From positions 1 through 28,091 of the forward strand of contig WALJ01000131.1 of assembly GCA_015522885.1 (NCBI GenBank): 28,091 bases of DNA. The letters are read 5' to 3'. Below, piece after piece: positions 17,926-27,134 of the stretch. Each line of letters begins with the position of its first letter. Position 1 is the stretch's first letter. The notes beneath the pieces were generated by a model that saw only the letters and a program-made list of their open reading frames with translations, did no database searches and was not told where the DNA came from. Both the position numbers and the translations under genes were made by a program. The DNA is from Thermoplasmata archaeon (GTDB lineage: Archaea; Thermoplasmatota; Thermoplasmata; WALJ01).

Positions 17926-18635
17926 CCAAACACATGAAGAGACTCACCGTTCCGAAATCATGGAAGATTCCGAAAAAAGAGGAAAAATGGGCTGTAAAGC
18001 CGTCGCCGGGAAAACATCCGACAGCATTATCCGTTCCTCTCGGGATAGTGCTGAGAAATATGCTGGGACATGCGGACACGATGAGAGAGGCCAGAAGGAT
18101 ACTCGGTGAAAGAAAGGTTCTGATAGACGGCAGAGTTGCCGTAAGCCACAAGACTCCCGTCGGACTCATGGATGTGATATCCATACCCGAGACAGGGGAG
18201 AATCACAGGATGCTTTTCGATTCCAAAGGAAGGCTCACTCTGACAGAGATAGATGCGGAAAGGGCCAAGTGGAAGCTGGTAAGGATCGACAACAAGACCT
18301 TCGTGCCCGGAGGAAAGATTCAGCTGAACCTTCATGACGGAAGGAACATACTGGTTGAAAAGGACATATATAAAACAGGGGATGTTCTGAAGATATCTCT
18401 GCCCGAACAGAAGATAATCCGGCACCTTCCGATGAAGGAAGGGAACAGAGCCATAATCACCGGCGGAAAACACGGCGGTTCTCTTGCGGTGATAAAGAAA
18501 TACGAGACCACGAAAGGTATGGAACCGGCAACCGTGTTCTTTGAAGAGGGTTTTCAGACGGTAAAGGACTATGTTTTTATCGTGGGAACTGAGACCCCGG
18601 AAATAAAACTGCCGGAGGTGAATGTGAATGAATGA
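17922..18635 (+). CDS. rps4e: 30S ribosomal protein S4e (eS4)
   Basis: KHMKRL, PSPGKHP, PVGLMDVISI, QLNLHDGRN, ITGGKHGG. Confidence 0.97.
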   Translation: MTKHMKRLTVPKSWKIPKKEEKWAVKPSPGKHPTALSVPLGIVLRNMLGHADTMREARRILGERKVLIDGRVAVSHKTPVGLMDVISIPETGENHRMLFDSKGRLTLTEIDAERAKWKLVRIDNKTFVPGGKIQLNLHDGRNILVEKDIYKTGDVLKISLPEQKIIRHLPMKEGNRAIITGGKHGGSLAVIKKYETTKGMEPATVFFEEGFQTVKDYVFIVGTETPEIKLPEVNVNE

Positions 18636-19152
18636 TAATAAGATGAGAGAGATAAAAGTCCAGAAGGTCGTCATAAACATAGGGGTGGGAGAAGGCGGTG
18701 AGAGGCTGGTCAAAGCCGAGAAGGTGCTGGAGATGTTCACAGGCCAGAAACCGGTGAGGACCATCGCCAAGATGACCAACAGGGACTTCAATATAAGAAA
18801 GCACATGCCTCTCGGGTGCAAGGTCACCCTCAGAGGAAAAAGTGCGGAGGATTTCGTAAAGAGAGCGCTCTGGGTAAAGGAATACAGGATTGCGGAGTAT
18901 TCTTTCGATAAAGAGGGCAATTTCTCGTTCGGAATCGCAGACCATACGAGCTTTGAGGGCGTGAAGTATGACCCTGAAATCGGGGTCTTCGGAATGGATA
19001 TCTCGGTGGTTCTCAGAAGACCGGGTGCTAGGATAGCCGAGAGATTGAGAGAAAGGAGGAAGTTGCCGCACAGACACAGAATAACGAAGGAAGAGGGCAT
19101 TGAATTCGCCAAAAAGAGGTTCAATGCCGTAGTGATAGGAGAGGTGAGCTGA
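18628..19152 (+). CDS. rpl5: 50S ribosomal protein L5 (uL5)
   Basis: [41 protein letters not shown]. Confidence 0.98.
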   Translation: MNDNKMREIKVQKVVINIGVGEGGERLVKAEKVLEMFTGQKPVRTIAKMTNRDFNIRKHMPLGCKVTLRGKSAEDFVKRALWVKEYRIAEYSFDKEGNFSFGIADHTSFEGVKYDPEIGVFGMDISVVLRRPGARIAERLRERRKLPHRHRITKEEGIEFAKKRFNAVVIGEVS

Positions 19153-19298
19153 TGGAGCCAAAAAAGAAATTCGGTAGAAAGGTCGGATGCGAAAGATGCG
19201 GAAGAAAGAGAGGAATTATCAGAAGATACGGTATGCACCTCTGCAGACAGTGCTTCAGAGAGATAGCTCCGCAGCTCGGCTTCAAGAAGTATTCGTAG
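19152..19298 (+). CDS. rps14: 30S ribosomal protein S14 (uS14, zinc-binding form), not in ORF track
   Basis: Own translation: [48 protein letters not shown] (48 aa). TGATG overlap with rpl5. Confidence 0.97.
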   Translation: MEPKKKFGRKVGCERCGRKRGIIRRYGMHLCRQCFREIAPQLGFKKYS

Positions 19299-19306
19299 GT
19301 GATATC

Positions 19307-19696
19307 ATGCAGCATGATCCTTTGAATGATGCCCTGATTTCCATCAAAAACGCAGAACTCAGCGGAAAGAGGGAGTGCATTATAAGGCCCGCTTCAAAAC
19401 TCATAGGCAGGGTCCTGAATATAATGCGTGAATATCGATATATCGAGGAATTCGAGTTTGTGGATGACGGAAGGGCCGGAAAATTCGTAGTAAAACTCAA
19501 CGGCAATCTGAACAACTGCGGCGTTATAAAACCCAGATTTTCGGTAAAGAAAGAAGAGATAGAGAGGTTCGAAAGAAGATATCTTCCTGCCAAGAACTTC
19601 GGAGTTCTCATAATGAGCACCACGAAGGGAGTTGTTTCGAATAGCAAAGCGAAGAAGATTGGAATAGGAGGCAGAGTTCTTGCCTATGTGTACTGA
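19307..19696 (+). CDS. rps8: 30S ribosomal protein S8 (uS8)
   Basis: [49 protein letters not shown] 19307 follows SD AGGTGA. Confidence 0.97.
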   Translation: MQHDPLNDALISIKNAELSGKRECIIRPASKLIGRVLNIMREYRYIEEFEFVDDGRAGKFVVKLNGNLNNCGVIKPRFSVKKEEIERFERRYLPAKNFGVLIMSTTKGVVSNSKAKKIGIGGRVLAYVY

Positions 19697-19705
19697 GGTG
19701 ATATG

Positions 19706-20242
19706 ATGCCGGTTGCAGGAATTTTGAAGAAAGAAGTCCAGATACCTCCCGAAGTGAAGGTGGAGCAGAGGGGCAGCGAAATCATGGTCTCAGGACCGAA
19801 GGGGGAACTGAGAAGAACCTTCGTGCACCCGAGACTGAAGATAGAGCTGAAAGGGGAAAACGCAGTGGTCTGGTGCGAACTGCCTAAGAAAAAGGAAAAG
19901 GCCCTGATAGGCACATGGGCGGCCCACATAGGCAATATGGTAAAAGGAGTTACGGAAGGATTCGAATACGAGCTGAAACTCGTTTATTCCCACTTTCCGG
20001 TGAAAATATCCGTTAAAGGGAATGAGTTTGTCATAGAGAACTTTATCGGAGAGAAGAGGAAGAGGAGCGCAAAGATACTGGACGGAGTCAAGGTCAACAT
20101 AAGCAAGGACATTATCAAAGTAACGAGCACGGACAAGGAAAAGGCAGGGCAGACAGCGGCTAACATAGAGAAAGCCACGAGAATAAAAGGTTACGACCTC
20201 AGAGTATTCCAGGATGGAATATACATCACGAAGAAGGGGTGA
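19706..20242 (+). CDS. rpl6: 50S ribosomal protein L6 (uL6)
   Basis: GPKGEL, YSHFP, ENFIGEK, GQTAANIE, DLRVFQDGIYI. The start is ATG 19706 or 19703. Confidence 0.97.
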   Translation: MPVAGILKKEVQIPPEVKVEQRGSEIMVSGPKGELRRTFVHPRLKIELKGENAVVWCELPKKKEKALIGTWAAHIGNMVKGVTEGFEYELKLVYSHFPVKISVKGNEFVIENFIGEKRKRSAKILDGVKVNISKDIIKVTSTDKEKAGQTAANIEKATRIKGYDLRVFQDGIYITKKG

Positions 20243-20246
20243 TTCT

Positions 20247-20681
20247 TTGGCAAAAAAGAAGAAACAGGATAAGAGTCTGATGAAACAGAAACCGGAACTC
20301 GGCGAAGAGACGAAGGAGGCAATGAGGGTCAGAGCGCTCCAGGACAAAAAAAGGCCGGAGTTTCACCGTCAGGAATGGTTCAGGATGAAGAGGCTCGGCG
20401 ATAAGTGGAGAAAACCCAGAGGTCTGCATTCGAAAATGAGGAAAAATAAGGGTTACAGACCTGCCAAGGTATCCATAGGATACAGAGGGCCGGAAAAAGC
20501 GAGAGGTCTCCATCCTTCCGGTTTCGAGGAGGTGCTTGTTCACAATCCATCGGAACTTGAGAATGTAGACCCAAAAAAGCAGGCGATAAGAATCGGTCAC
20601 AGCGTGGGTTTCAGAAAGAGAGAGATGATAGTGGAAAAGGCCGAGAAGCTCGGCATAAGAGTTCTTAACAGGGGGGCATAG
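20247..20681 (+). CDS. rpl32e: 50S ribosomal protein L32e (eL32), TTG start
   Basis: RPEFHRQEW, WRKPRGLHSKMR, GYRGP..RGLHPSG. TTG 20247 follows GGGGTGA. Confidence 0.95.
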   Translation: MAKKKKQDKSLMKQKPELGEETKEAMRVRALQDKKRPEFHRQEWFRMKRLGDKWRKPRGLHSKMRKNKGYRPAKVSIGYRGPEKARGLHPSGFEEVLVHNPSELENVDPKKQAIRIGHSVGFRKREMIVEKAEKLGIRVLNRGA

Positions 20682-20683
20682 AG

Positions 20684-21136
20684 ATGGATGTCAGTTATCA
20701 GAGAAGGGTTGCGGCGTCGATACTCAAATGCGGCCTCAACAGAGTGTGGATAAACCCTGACCATCTGGACGATGTAGCCGATGCGATTACGAGAGAGGAC
20801 ATAAAAGAACTCATAGATAGAAATCTTATACAGAAGAAGCAGAAGAAAGGAATTTCCAAGGGAAGAGCGCGCCATCTTGCGGCCCAGAAGAAAAAAGGCA
20901 GAAGAAAGGGTCCCGGAAGCAGAAAAGGAAAGAAACACGCAGAGATTTCCAAGAAGGAAAGATGGATGAACACGATAAGACCGATAAGGGGGATGCTGAA
21001 AGAGCTGAGAGATGAAGGGAAGATAAACAAACACGAATATCGGCGATATTACAGAAGAGCGAAAGGCGGAGTGTACAAGAGCAAGGCACATCTGCACCTT
21101 CATTTGAAGGCAGACGGACATCTTAAGGAGGAATAA
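20684..21136 (+). CDS. rpl19e: 50S ribosomal protein L19e (eL19)
   Basis: QRRVAASILKCG..RVWI, AITREDI, GRRKGPGSRKG, YRRAKGG. Confidence 0.98.
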   Translation: MDVSYQRRVAASILKCGLNRVWINPDHLDDVADAITREDIKELIDRNLIQKKQKKGISKGRARHLAAQKKKGRRKGPGSRKGKKHAEISKKERWMNTIRPIRGMLKELRDEGKINKHEYRRYYRRAKGGVYKSKAHLHLHLKADGHLKEE

Positions 21137-21138
21137 AA

Positions 21139-21639
21139 ATGGCAGGAGGACCAAGATACAGAGTACCGTTCAGAAGAAGAAGAGAAGGAAAAACCGACTA
21201 CAGATACAGACTCAGGCTGCTTAAGTCGGGGCTTCCGAGGGCCGTATTCAGAAGATCTTCCAGATATATCACGGTTCAGGTCGTCGAGTACGATAGAGAA
21301 GGAGATAAAATCACAGCGCACTCAAATTCGATGGAACTTAAGAAATACGGATGGAGCGGAAGCTTTTCAAGCACTCCCGCGGCATATCTGACGGGATACC
21401 TGACAGGTAAAAAGGCCCTGAAAAAGGGCGTTAAAGAGGCGGTTTTCGATATGGGCATATATGTACCTTCAAAGGGTTGCAGGGCATTTGCCGGTCTGCG
21501 CGGTCTTGTGGACGCGGGGATGGAGATTCCGCACGGAGAAAGCGAAATGCCGGACGATGACCGAATAAAAGGAGCGCATCTCGGTGATAAGGTGGCAGAG
21601 ATGTTTGAAAGCGTGAAGGCTAAACTGGAGGAGGCATAA
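21139..21639 (+). CDS. rpl18: 50S ribosomal protein L18 (uL18)
   Basis: [38 protein letters not shown]. Confidence 0.98.
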   Translation: MAGGPRYRVPFRRRREGKTDYRYRLRLLKSGLPRAVFRRSSRYITVQVVEYDREGDKITAHSNSMELKKYGWSGSFSSTPAAYLTGYLTGKKALKKGVKEAVFDMGIYVPSKGCRAFAGLRGLVDAGMEIPHGESEMPDDDRIKGAHLGDKVAEMFESVKAKLEEA

Positions 21640-21640
21640 T

Positions 21641-22294
21641 ATGGTGGACTGGGAACCGAGGACAAAGCTGGGCAGGCTCGTACTGGAAGGAAAAATAACA
21701 TCCATGAGCGAGGCCCTGAAGCAAAAACTGCCACTCAAAGAGCCGGAGATTGTGGACATACTTCTGCCGGAACTCGAGGATGAGGTCATAGATGTCAGAA
21801 TGGTCCAGAGGATGACCGACTCCGGAAGGAGGCCGAGATTCGCAGTTGTGGCCGCAATAGGAAACAAGGACGGCTTTGTCGGCATAGGAAAGGCCAAGGG
21901 AAAAGAGGTCGGCCCCACGATAAGAAAGGCCATCGATGATGCTAAAATACATATGATCGAGATAAAGAGAGGATGCGGTTCATGGGAATGCGGATGCGGA
22001 GCTCCTCACTCCCTGCCTGTCGAGGTTACGGGAAAGAGCGGATCTGTGGAAGTAACGCTCAAACCCGCACCCAGAGGTGTGGGGGTCGCAACCGGACCGA
22101 CCGCAAAGATACTTCTCGAACTTGCCGGAATAAAAGATGTATGGGCGTTCACATCCGGCCATACAAGAACCACTCTCAACTATGCATATGCGGTTTTCGA
22201 CGCTCTGAAATCCCTGTCCAGAATGAGATTGCCCGTGAATGAAGAGGCTCTCGGCATAGTTTCCGGAACCATAGGCGAAGGAGGTGAGGAGTGA
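21641..22294 (+). CDS. rps5: 30S ribosomal protein S5 (uS5)
   Basis: [46 protein letters not shown]. Confidence 0.98.
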   Translation: MVDWEPRTKLGRLVLEGKITSMSEALKQKLPLKEPEIVDILLPELEDEVIDVRMVQRMTDSGRRPRFAVVAAIGNKDGFVGIGKAKGKEVGPTIRKAIDDAKIHMIEIKRGCGSWECGCGAPHSLPVEVTGKSGSVEVTLKPAPRGVGVATGPTAKILLELAGIKDVWAFTSGHTRTTLNYAYAVFDALKSLSRMRLPVNEEALGIVSGTIGEGGEE

Positions 22295-22791
22295 TGGCGT
22301 ATGCTGTTGTCAGGATAAGAGGTTCGGTCAATGTTAAAAGCGATATAAAGGACACTATGAAGATCCTTGGTGTTACAAGGGCTAACCACTGCGTGGTGAT
22401 TCCCGAAACCGAATCTTACAAAGGAATGCTTCAAAAGGTCAAAGACTATGTTACATGGGGTGAAATAGACGATTCTGCCATGGCACGACTTCTCTATCTC
22501 AGAGGGAAGGTTGTAGGCGGAGAACCCATAAGCGAGAGGTTTGTCGGGGAAAATACGGAATATGAGAGCATCGAAGAGCTTGCAAAGGCGCTGACGAAAG
22601 ATAAGGTCAAACTGAGCAATATCAAGGGACTGAAACCGGTTTTCAGACTGCATCCTCCGATAGGCGGCTACAGGACCGTCAAAAGGGCATATAAAGTAGG
22701 AGGCTCTCTCGGATATCGGGGGAAGGACATAAATGTACTGCTTGAAAAGATGATTGAAGACAGGGGGCACGAAGATGTCAAAAAGAAGTGA
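22294..22791 (+). CDS. rpl30: 50S ribosomal protein L30 (uL30, long archaeal form)
   Basis: AVVRIRG, GMLQKVKDYVTWGE, FRLHPP..G, LGYRG..IN.LL.KM. TGATG overlap with rps5. Confidence 0.96.
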   Translation: MAYAVVRIRGSVNVKSDIKDTMKILGVTRANHCVVIPETESYKGMLQKVKDYVTWGEIDDSAMARLLYLRGKVVGGEPISERFVGENTEYESIEELAKALTKDKVKLSNIKGLKPVFRLHPPIGGYRTVKRAYKVGGSLGYRGKDINVLLEKMIEDRGHEDVKKK

Positions 22792-23203
22792 AAAGTTCAG
22801 AGGAATGAGAACCCACGGACACGGTAAAAATGCCAGAAGAGGCCACGGAAAGAGAGGCGGAGTAGGAAACGCGGGAAGTTCCACTCACCGCTTCATATCG
22901 GTATATAAGGAAAATCCGAGATATTTCGGAATGCACGGCTTCAAAAGAGCTCCCGAACTTATCAAAAAGAAAAAGACCATAAATCTGGAAGAGATTCAGG
23001 ACAGACTTCACAGCCTCGTTGAAAATGGGCTTGCAAGGAAAGAAAACGGTACCTATGTCATAGACCTGAGTTCCATGGGAATAGACAAACTGCTCGGTTC
23101 TGGGAGAATAACGAGACCTGTGAAGATAATTGTCGCTGAGGCCAGCGAACGGGCGATCGAGAAGGTGAAAAGCAGCGGAGGAGAGGTTGAGATAAATGGC
23201 TGA
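22775..23203 (+). CDS. rpl15: 50S ribosomal protein L15 (uL15)
   Basis: RGMRTHGHG, RGGVGNAG, YFGMHGF, KLLGSG, SERAIEKV..GG. Confidence 0.97.
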   Translation: MSKRSEKFRGMRTHGHGKNARRGHGKRGGVGNAGSSTHRFISVYKENPRYFGMHGFKRAPELIKKKKTINLEEIQDRLHSLVENGLARKENGTYVIDLSSMGIDKLLGSGRITRPVKIIVAEASERAIEKVKSSGGEVEING

Positions 23204-24926
23204 AGAGGAGCGCGAAAGGAACCAGACTTACGGCCTGATATCTCTGGCATTCTGGGCATTCATACTCTTTCTTCTCTATAACTCGGCTCAGAATATACTG
23301 TCTCCGTCCTTTATAGTTACCGTGCTGACTGTAATTCCGCTGGCATACTTCACATATCTGGTGGCATCTTATGTGCCGGAGGATGAAGACGAGAGCAGAC
23401 TGCACGGTCTGAAGCCGGTACTGCGCTATCTGCCAGTGATAAAAAAGCCGGACGGTCACGTATCATTCAAAATGAAGATGATATGGGACTTCGTCATTCT
23501 GGTTATCTATTTCGCACTCACCAATGTTGTTATTTTCGGTCTTGACCAGCAGAAGACCATGGACCTTTTCTCCGAGTTCAGGGCCATAATGGCCGGTGCC
23601 TCGGGTTCGATAATGCACCTTGGAATAGGGCCGATAGTTACGGCCTCCATCATTATGCAGCTCTTTGCAGGTGCAAAAATAATCAAGCTTAATCTCACTA
23701 AAGACGAGGATAAAGCGGTATATCAGAGCACACAGAAACTCCTTGTTATCATAATGATATTTGTGGAGGCGATACCTCAGGTATACGGTTATCTCGTACC
23801 TGACAGCGGTTTCATTCAGGCTCTGGACAGCTTCAGCCCGGGAAACGGAAGGTTTCTGGCCCAGCTTCTCATAGTTCTGCAGCTCTTTGCAGGCAGCTAT
23901 ATCGTGTTCCTCATGGACGAAGTCGTCTCCAAATGGGGTCTCGGCTCGGGAATATCCCTGTTCATCGCTGCAGGTGTTGCACAGGCGATAGTCGTCGGTA
24001 CATTCAACTGGGAACCGTATCAGACCACGGGAATACCGGCGGGAACCCTGCCGAAAACCATTTTCTATCTCACGCATATATCCTCTCCGCAGATGGCTAA
24101 CGGCGGATTCGAGCGAATGTTCCTCGGAAATCCTAATCCCATAATAGCTCTCATAGGTACGACCACGATATTTCTGATTGTTGCCTATTTCCAGTCCACG
24201 AGGGTGGAACTGCCGCTGGCACACGGAAGGGCCAGAGGTGCGAGAGGAAGATACCCGATAAATCTGATTTACGCATCCAACATACCGGTCATACTGATGT
24301 CCGCACTGCTGGCAAATATCAGCATGTTCGCACTTCTCTTCTGGACAAATCCCGCATTCCAGAATTTCCCGGTTCTGGGACATAACTGGATGTTCGGCTT
24401 CTATGCACCGGGGCAGACAAGGCCGTCCGGAGGTATGGCGTGGTACCTCTCGACCATACGGGGTGTGGGCGACTGGTTAATGCCTCTGGTTTATCCGAGC
24501 AGATATCTGGCAGGCACAGGCCATGCATGGATTTCCGTGCTTCTCCGGGTGATAGTCTATGTATCGATAATGATAATAGGTTCCATGATATTCGCAAGGT
24601 TCTGGATAGAAACGACAAACATGGGTCCGAAGGCCATTGCGGAGAACATACAGAGAAGCGGTATGCAGATTCCCGGATTCAGAAGAGACCCGAGGGTCCT
24701 CGAGAAGGTTTTGGAGAGATATATCCCTGCTGTTACCGACTTCAGCGGTGCCTTTGTCGGCGCTCTTGCCGCAGGAGCCAACCTGATAGGAACGGTGGGA
24801 AATACCAGCGGAACAGGGGTCCTGCTAGCCGTAGGTATCATGATCCAGATGTATGAGGCCATGGGCAAGGAGCAGATGATGGAGATGCATCCGATGCTCA
24901 GGCAGTTCTTCGGAAAGGAGGGATAA
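23196..24926 (+). CDS. secY: protein translocase subunit SecY (Sec61alpha) with extra N-terminal TM segments
   Basis: LGIGPIVTASII.QL, EVVSKWGLGSGISLFIAAGV, YASNIPVIL, QIPGFRRDP, GTGVLLAVGI. Confidence 0.98.
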   Translation: MAEEERERNQTYGLISLAFWAFILFLLYNSAQNILSPSFIVTVLTVIPLAYFTYLVASYVPEDEDESRLHGLKPVLRYLPVIKKPDGHVSFKMKMIWDFVILVIYFALTNVVIFGLDQQKTMDLFSEFRAIMAGASGSIMHLGIGPIVTASIIMQLFAGAKIIKLNLTKDEDKAVYQSTQKLLVIIMIFVEAIPQVYGYLVPDSGFIQALDSFSPGNGRFLAQLLIVLQLFAGSYIVFLMDEVVSKWGLGSGISLFIAAGVAQAIVVGTFNWEPYQTTGIPAGTLPKTIFYLTHISSPQMANGGFERMFLGNPNPIIALIGTTTIFLIVAYFQSTRVELPLAHGRARGARGRYPINLIYASNIPVILMSALLANISMFALLFWTNPAFQNFPVLGHNWMFGFYAPGQTRPSGGMAWYLSTIRGVGDWLMPLVYPSRYLAGTGHAWISVLLRVIVYVSIMIIGSMIFARFWIETTNMGPKAIAENIQRSGMQIPGFRRDPRVLEKVLERYIPAVTDFSGAFVGALAAGANLIGTVGNTSGTGVLLAVGIMIQMYEAMGKEQMMEMHPMLRQFFGKEG

Positions 24927-24927
24927 T

Positions 24928-25602
24928 CTGGAGGAAAAAGGCTCCGAAACAGCGGAAAACCCTCCCGCTCAACCCCCTGTCAAAGTTTTTGATACCGGCA
25001 GATTCATCACGATCTTCCTCTTTCTGCTCGCTATATGGTCTATGTTCGACAACGAGATGAGAATGACTCTCGGCGCTCTTGTAGGTCTTTTGTTCGAGCC
25101 ACTCATAGGTTTCGGAGGGCATTACCCCCTGATAACGATATTTCTTGCGAGCATAATCATGGGTACCTTTTCAACGGTGGTAACCCTGTGGCACACGGAC
25201 CTCATAGGACAGGCAAGGATGCAGAAGCTCATGAAGGCATTCAATAAAACACTCAGGGAAGCACAGCTCAAAAAGCAGACGACAAAGGTGGAAAAGCTGA
25301 AGAAGATGCAGCCAAAGCTCATGAAGATGCAGAGCAGCACCATGGGTTCGCAGTGGAAGATAATGGCTTACACCTTCGTGATATTCATAGCGATGTTCGC
25401 ATGGCTCGGGATGTTCATAAACGCAATTCCCTACAGAATAATCTCCGTGCCGTGGTATCTCAATGTAAACCTCTTCTCTTCGTATGTCCTGCAGTCATGG
25501 ATACTTCTCTATTCGCTTGCATCGATACCGTTCAGCTTTGCGGTGAGGAGTGCGGGAAAGATATTCATATTGAAAAAGAGACTGAATAAAATGGAGGTAT
25601 AG
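24928..25602 (+). CDS. DUF106 / EMC3-TMCO1 (Oxa1/YidC superfamily) membrane protein, probable CTG start
   Basis: TM + basic coiled coil (RMQKLMKAFNKTLREAQ..KLKKMQPKLMKMQ) + TMs + W-I-L-L-Y C-terminus, in the usual position after secY. The frame is open 38 codons upstream of ATG 25042, to CTG 24928. Confidence 0.85.
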   Translation: MEEKGSETAENPPAQPPVKVFDTGRFITIFLFLLAIWSMFDNEMRMTLGALVGLLFEPLIGFGGHYPLITIFLASIIMGTFSTVVTLWHTDLIGQARMQKLMKAFNKTLREAQLKKQTTKVEKLKKMQPKLMKMQSSTMGSQWKIMAYTFVIFIAMFAWLGMFINAIPYRIISVPWYLNVNLFSSYVLQSWILLYSLASIPFSFAVRSAGKIFILKKRLNKMEV

Positions 25603-25603
25603 G

Positions 25604-26149
25604 GTGAGGCTGACCATCGGAGGACCGCCCGGAAGCGGGAAAACGACCCTTGCGAAGATCCTGTCCGAAAAAACAGGCATGGATATAGTGTATGCCGGAG
25701 AGATATTCAGGAAGATGGCAGAGGAAAGGGGCGTGAGTCTCGAAGAATTCGGCAAGATGGCGGAGAATGAAGACAGCATAGACCGGGAGCTGGATGAACG
25801 GATGCTGAAGATAGCCAGAGAAAGGGATGAGATAATACTCGACGGAAGACTCACGGGATACATCACGAAAAAACACGGGATACCTGCTTTCAGGATATAT
25901 GTTACTGCGGAGCTTCCTGTGAGAATACGGCGGATAGCCGGAAGAGAGAACAAAGACGAGAAGACGGTGGAGCGGGAAATACTTGCGAGGGAGGAATCCG
26001 AGTATCGGAGATATATGAAATACTACGGATTTGAGATAAGGGACACCTCGATATACGACATCGTGATAGAATCCGATAACATGAGCCCGGAGTCGATGGC
26101 CGAAAAAATCCTTCACAGGGCAGGTATAGTACATGCTCACAAGATATGA
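25604..26149 (+). CDS. cmk: cytidylate kinase (archaeal type)
   Basis: TIGGPPGSGKTT P-loop, AGEIFR, IDRELD, DGRLTG, RRYMKYYG. GTG start. Confidence 0.93.
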   Translation: MRLTIGGPPGSGKTTLAKILSEKTGMDIVYAGEIFRKMAEERGVSLEEFGKMAENEDSIDRELDERMLKIARERDEIILDGRLTGYITKKHGIPAFRIYVTAELPVRIRRIAGRENKDEKTVEREILAREESEYRRYMKYYGFEIRDTSIYDIVIESDNMSPESMAEKILHRAGIVHAHKI

Positions 26150-27089
26150 AGGTCTCAGGCCGGGACCGTACGGAAAAAGGCCGGAAGAGAGAAATGTCGA
26201 GGAGCTTCTGAAATCATCCGTAGTCGTTGTCGATAAACCTTCGGGACCGACGAGCCATCAGGTGTCCGCATGGGTAAAACTCATTCTCGGTGTGAACAAT
26301 ACCGGACACAGCGGCACTCTGGACCCGCATGTTACCGGAGTTCTGCCGGTTGCCGTGGGTAGAGCCACCAAGGCCTTGGAAGTCCTGCTCCCGTACGGAA
26401 AGGAATATGTCGGTGTCGTGAGATTCCACAGCCATGTGGGAAGAAAGGATGTCGAAGAGATTTTCAAGGAATTCACCGGAAAGATATATCAGATGCCTCC
26501 GGTAAGGGCAGCGGTGAAAAGGGCTCTGCGAACGAAGAACGTATACAGGCTGGAACTCGTGGAGATGAAGGGGAATTATGCCCTCTTCAGAGCGGATGTG
26601 GAATCCGGCACATACATAAGAACCCTCTGCCACGATATTGGCGAGGCTCTCGGAGTGGGCGCTAACATGCTGGAGCTCAGGAGGACCCGGAGCGCTCACT
26701 TCACGGAAAGGGATGCCGTAACTCTGCACGAACTGAAAGATGCGTGGGAATTTTATAAGGAAGGAGATGAAACTCATCTGAAAAAACTGCTCCTGCCGAT
26801 AGAGAGGCTGTTCGATAAAATACCGAAGATTGTCGTCAAAGACAGCGCCGTGGGTGCTCTATGCCACGGTGCGGAGCTGTCGGTGAAAGGAGTGGTCTCT
26901 GTTGATGAAGGTATAAAGAAAGGGGATGTGGTTGCAGTATTCACACTGAAGGGCGAGGTGGTGGAGAGCGCAACAGCGGAGATGACCTCGATGGAGATGC
27001 TGAAGAAGAATGAGGGCATCGCCGCAAGGCCGAAAAGGGTTTACATGGAAAGGGGAATCTATCCGAAAGTGTGGAAAGGAAGGGAATAA
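26133..27089 (+). CDS. cbf5: tRNA/rRNA pseudouridine synthase Cbf5 (TruB family, PUA domain)
   Basis: DKPSGPTSHQV, GHSGTLDP (catalytic Asp), YQMPPVRAAVKR, GTYIRTLC, ELRRTRS, PUA AVGALCHGA. Confidence 0.97.
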   Translation: MLTRYEGLRPGPYGKRPEERNVEELLKSSVVVVDKPSGPTSHQVSAWVKLILGVNNTGHSGTLDPHVTGVLPVAVGRATKALEVLLPYGKEYVGVVRFHSHVGRKDVEEIFKEFTGKIYQMPPVRAAVKRALRTKNVYRLELVEMKGNYALFRADVESGTYIRTLCHDIGEALGVGANMLELRRTRSAHFTERDAVTLHELKDAWEFYKEGDETHLKKLLLPIERLFDKIPKIVVKDSAVGALCHGAELSVKGVVSVDEGIKKGDVVAVFTLKGEVVESATAEMTSMEMLKKNEGIAARPKRVYMERGIYPKVWKGRE

Positions 27090-27120
27090 GAAGGGAGAAT
27101 GGGTTTGATTAAAGAGCAAC

Positions 27121-27134
27121 GAAAGATATAAATA
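27121..27134 (+). promoter_or_regulatory. BRE + TATA box
   Basis: GAAAGA-TATAAATA, a consensus archaeal promoter. Confidence 0.55.

Noticed and set aside
15343-24383. Long antisense ORFs (e.g. 15343-16371, 18027-19238, 23463-24383; also 5044-5961 and 9284-9919)
   Set aside because: They are shadows of well-supported genes on the other strand. They have no motifs, and the F/L/S-rich composition mirrors purine-rich sense codons.
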